DNA of 64,000 bases from the human T2T-CHM13v2.0 reference genome, Homo sapiens. The stretch lies in NCBI RefSeq assembly GCF_009914755.1, contig NC_060930.1, one strand, 5' to 3'. Both the position numbers and the translations under genes were made by a program. The notes below the pieces were generated by a model that searched no databases, was not told the DNA's origin, and was given only the letters and a program-made list of their open reading frames with translations. Shown piece by piece: positions 59,111 to 64,000 of this stretch. Numbering within the stretch: position 1 is the first letter of the stretch; each line of letters begins with the position of its first letter.

Positions 59111-62100
59111 AATGGAGTGATGCCATGATTCCAAATATCCTAAGAAAGTTTAGCAGAACTATATATACATACATACATGTATGTATATAAATATATCAAA
59201 ACAGCATCCCCAATTCAAAACCAACCCGCTTTCTAATTTATAGCATTAGATGATTTTTCATGCTTTGTGATGTTTCTCTATTAAACTGACAAATCTTAAG
59301 GGTCATGTCTTTTACTCCTTTAGTCTGTTTTTCATTATTCTTATTTTCAGTGTCTTTTACAGCCTCATTCTAAGGACGTAAGCACATTCCATGCTCCTTT
59401 TCAAGGCATCAGTTACTTAGTTTTAATTTATATACAAATGATACATAAATACAGTAAAAAAATAAAATAATACAGAAGAGCTTATGGTGAAAAGCAACTC
59501 TCTTGCTCCATCCCTCCTACCTTTATTTTTAGTCCCTAGTTACAGCCTCTTTTAACTGTTTATATTTTAGTTTTTCAAGCAGTTATCTGGTTGTTATCTT
59601 CAATGTTATCTCCCAAAGTAGATTCCTAATTTCATTCAGAATAAATAAGAAACCGTGTTTTGGTAAAATATTTTCATTTTTCCCTTCATCTTCCCAGTAC
59701 GTAGAACAGTGCCTGGCACTTAGTTGTCTCTTGGTAAACATTCATTGAAGGTATTGGGGGAAAATGACAAAGAAGATTAGCTAGAAAAAAGGTAATGTTT
59801 CTCTGCAAAGCAGCACCAATTCTCTTAACACAGAAAAGACCTAGGAAACCAGAGGACAAAGACATTTTAGAAAATAAAACAAAAATCCATTAGATGACAT
59901 TATTCCTCAGCTCCTATCAGTCTCAGCACATGGAATGTAATCTTTATCTCTTCCACGATTGTAATTACGTAACAGGCAACAAGGGTTCCCATATTATTTT
60001 ATGCAATGCAGCTGACCTCAAAGATAGCAGCAGCTGAGGAATGAAGATAATCTAATTTTAAACTATTGTGCGGGTAGTAAACATTTAAACATTTTCCTAT
60101 TATACTTAAAACTTAAAAAAAAAATCTGCCCTAACTTAGTGGCATATATATTTGGGTTTTTTGTTTGTTTTAAACTTTCACTGATTTATGATTAAATTGG
60201 CATATCTTTCATACCAGCCCTCTAACCAGCACTTCGAGTTTTATATCATGGTTCATAATTCAGAAACATGGCCTCCTGTGACAAAAATTAACTCTTCCTC
60301 CTCTTAACTTCTAAACGTGCCATCTTCCAGATTCCTTCATTTTCGTGTACCTCCAAAAATCTAGTCCTTAATTATATTTTAAAAACCAATTTAGTAGCAA
60401 AACCAGGTCCAAATGAATGTTTTTGAATAGAGTTGAAATAGATAAAGCAATTATTTTTTGCATTTCTGTTCTCATTGAACTAGAAATTTGCTAATCCTCA
60501 AATATCACTTCCTGTGTGAGCTGATTCCACCAAAATGAGGTAGTCAAATTTTTTCTGTAGCTCCCATAGTGGTGGCTAGACCCCTCTAGCATTGCTAGTT
60601 TTACTTTATCTTGTAATTTATTTTCCTTTTTGCTTTCCCTCCATGGGTTTTCACTAAAATGGAGCATTTACTGAGACTCTTATCTATTCCAAGTGTGCTG
60701 GATGTTCTATAAACAGATGTATTCTGAACATAAAGAAGCTGGATATGTTTGAGTAAATATGTTAGCAGAGGAATGGAAGTGACATATAAAAACACCTCTC
60801 AATTTGTGAGCAGAGAGTGCTATTGAGGATATGGTGAAGTTCAAGGTAGGGACATTGTAGAAGTGTCTCAGAAGATAAGACCAATATCCTTTAAGCATTG
60901 GTTTGTAGATAATATGTTGCCATTCCTATCCTGCTATGTATAGTATATTTGTAATTCATTTATAATCCATGTTTGAAAACCCACTACCATGTATTGTCTC
61001 CCTGCTAAGTGCTGACCTTGGTTTTGAGACTGCTAGTCAGTCTGAGGCAGGGTTTCTGTTGTGGTCATATGTATCATAGGAGACATCAGCTTCTGCTCTG
61101 CCAGGCAGGTTCTGCATTAGGAAGAATGCTTATCAATAGCTCATGCTGGTAACAGCACAGCAGTTAAAATATATTCAGCTACTAGAGCTGGTTGCTGACT
61201 TAACTCTAAATGTCACAGATCTTTTTTGGGGGAATTTAGTTTCCATACTTAATCATGTATACATCAGTATATAAACTATCGTATGGAGAAGATAGGGTAG
61301 CTCAAAAGGAAGCAATGTAGAATAGAATGTACATATATTCAATATTATATATCTTAGGAAAACTGAGGGAAAGGAATTACATTGCAGTCTTTCATTCTTA
61401 CCAACTGTGCGACTTCCAGAAATTCACTCTAGCTGGGCTTATAGAGTGTTCACATATAAAATGAGAGTGGAATAGGGAATTCATAATATCTTTACAGCTC
61501 TGAGAAGGCATGGTGTTATACAGGCTGAGTTTATATAGTTCCTAGACACTGGAACCTGGCAATTCTAATAGTTCTCCAATCCTAACCTTTTAATGGAGAA
61601 TCTAGGAGATGATTAGTGGAATTAGTATTGAAACAGCCAATAAGAATGCTGATTGAAAACCATATTCTCTTAACTATAAAGACAGAGAGGCTCTGATTTG
61701 CACTGAAGTAACTTTGGAGACATGGCAAAGTTCATCTTGATTAGGGCATTCACTTGCCTATTACGTTTTTAACTTCCATGTACTGGGTAGGTATAGGCCT
61801 TTTCCATTCACACTGTCTAGAGCCGGGAAGAAAACTGTTAGTCCTTAAACCAGCATTTCCTGCCTCTGCCAGAAATGGAGAAACTACAGAACTGATTATT
61901 CACTCCAAGTTCCCCACATGGGCTGTGAACTTGCAATCTGAGTTTGAGTAAACAAATTTAAACTACCTGAATCCAGGTAGGCGGGGCATAAACTGCCCTG
62001 GTCACAATAGACCCTCTCACTGGGATCTGCTTCCCTCATTTATATTTCTTTCTAGAATTCCATGGCGTTTGAGGGTGTGGGGCCAATAATGGCTAAATGG

Positions 62101-63859
62101 CTAGTTGTTAATGGGTTTTTAATCACTCTCCCATGTGAAGGTAACAAATCTTCTGGAGTGAAATTATTGTAATTTAACCAATGACAACACAAACATTGTG
62201 TGATTACAGTGGCTTAAAATGTGCAGTTCTGGAAATAGATAATTAAAACTAGAGTGTTCAATGAAATGCACAATGGAAATTAATGGCCAAAAATAAAATA
62301 GTCTACTTCCTAACCGACTGCCAAATAAACCTAATATCGTGATAGATTCTGACAACAGGGTCCTATTGAAATTCTCCGTGGCGAACATCACCTTGTATCA
62401 TTGCAAAAGGAAAGCAGGTAGGAAAAACGAAGATTCTATTCATGGAGGTGAATCTGCCAGTGCAAAGTAGCTGTGTAACCCCTTCCAAATATCATGTGAA
62501 GATTGTTTCGAATCCTAAAATCTAAAGCTGTTTAACTTCAACACAGCTGAGCTAGGGTTGCCAGCATATGCCTAGCAATTAACACATAAAATATCTATTT
62601 TGTATATAAAAAATATCTCTCTGATTTGGTTGAATCTCAAATGCTAACAGTTTTATTTTTCAATTCATTTATTTCAAACTGTCATATCACATCCAACCAT
62701 GTGAAGGCTTTGGCTGTGGAAAAGCAGAAAACCTTATAGAAAAAAAGGATATTTTAATAAGCTGGCTAATCCTCTCTAGCCATACCTCTTTCAAATGGAT
62801 TTTAAAATCACCATGTAATTATAGATGGAGTCCAAGTCAGAGCAGGAATGTGAAATGCCTGCAAGATGCTCCATATAGGCATACTCTCCAGGAGGCTGTA
62901 AAAGAAGCACAGTTTCAACTTTTGGAGAACTTTGAAAAGCAATATCACAGTCAGTTTTTCTGTGGGTTACCACAGTCTTTCAACTCATGCTAAAGGAAGG
63001 AGCATTCAGCCCTGACTGAGAACTCATGAGTTAGAAAAACTGATATCAGAAACCAAAAAGCAGCAAAATATGTCAGAGAAAGTGACAATTCAAGCCACTT
63101 GCTTCTTGTAGATATCTACAACAAAGAAAATATGTTTGTGGCATCTCATAAAAACACCAGCTAACTTAACATTGCTGGCAAGCCAAAAAGAAAATATACC
63201 TGAGGGTGTGCTAACATAAACTAAAAAAAAAAAAAAAAAAAAGAGGAACAGGAGGATGCTTTAAATACACTGACATGATTTTCCTTGTGTTAGCTTTCAA
63301 GGGCATTATTGGAAGCTCATATTACCAATAAATACATTATTGGTCTTGTTTGGGTTCCAAACTTTTGTTTGAATAACTGATTTCTTTTGACACTATTGAA
63401 GATAATTCTCTGTGGCTACCATTCTATGAAGAAGTATAAAAACAAAATTGAGATGTTTGTACCACAATGAGGGTTAAAAGGATTTCCCAGTGACTAAGTG
63501 AGGGGTTAAACATACTATAGTCTCTGGTTGAAATAAAGATGCATTATCAGTGAAAGTTCTCTTTCACACCTGTTTCCAAATCCACATTCTCACTCCAGAC
63601 ATTGAACTGCCATTTAACAATTGGAGAAATAAAGCATGAAAGCAGGCAGAGAGGAAGTTGTTTACTCAAGAAGACTTTACAGTTAACCAGTGATCAGAAC
63701 CCAAAGTTCTTTATTCCTAGTCCACTTATATTTACATGATGCTAGATTATATTACATAATTCACTTCACTTGAATAAAATGAGTAAGACAAAGTCTCTGT
63801 CCTCAGGAGGTTATCAAGAGTCATAGTAAAAAGAACATATTCATTCAGTTTCATGTATT

Positions 63860-64000
63860 TAAGCTTAAATTTCGCTTCAAAACTTACTAGGAGACTTTGG
63901 ACAAATGAGTCAACTACTCTGTGCCTTCGTTTCCTGATCTTGTCTTTACAAGCAAGGATACTAATGTATTTTTCACAGAGCTGTTTTAAGAATCAGAAAT
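63860..64000 (+). mobile_element. MIR fragment running off the window end
   Basis: ACTTACTAGGAGACTTTGGACAAATGAGTCAACTACTCTGTGCCTTCGTTTCCTGATCT. Confidence 0.7.

Overview
AT-rich primate (very probably human) non-coding genomic DNA, either intronic or gene desert. I find no protein-coding host exon, RNA gene, CRISPR array or microbial-type system. Much of the window is transposable-element fossils: a large hAT-Charlie (Cheshire/MER58-type) element with readable transposase motifs (1-2189), a full-length but disabled L1PA4-like LINE-1 with a 14-bp TSD (18247-24400), an older L1PA15/16-like element with a twin-priming inversion (37590-39128), 12 Alus, old L1M, L2, CR1/L3 and MIR fragments, and several MaLR/ERVL solo LTRs. 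Most ORFs in the track are by-products of these repeats or short chance ORFs. The most interesting signals are: an open, C-terminally altered L1 ORF0; an intact L1 endonuclease domain in a 481-aa truncated ORF2; a candidate 124-nt non-coding exon bracketed by inverted Alus; a perfect 20-bp-arm hairpin inside a MIR; a ~90-bp locally templated insertion inside a (TA)n tract; a MIR-derived CTCF motif; and several repeat-free, motif-dense blocks that look like developmental enhancers. Family and subfamily names come from recalled consensus sequences and need RepeatMasker/Dfam confirmation. I do not see a new biological system and do not claim one.
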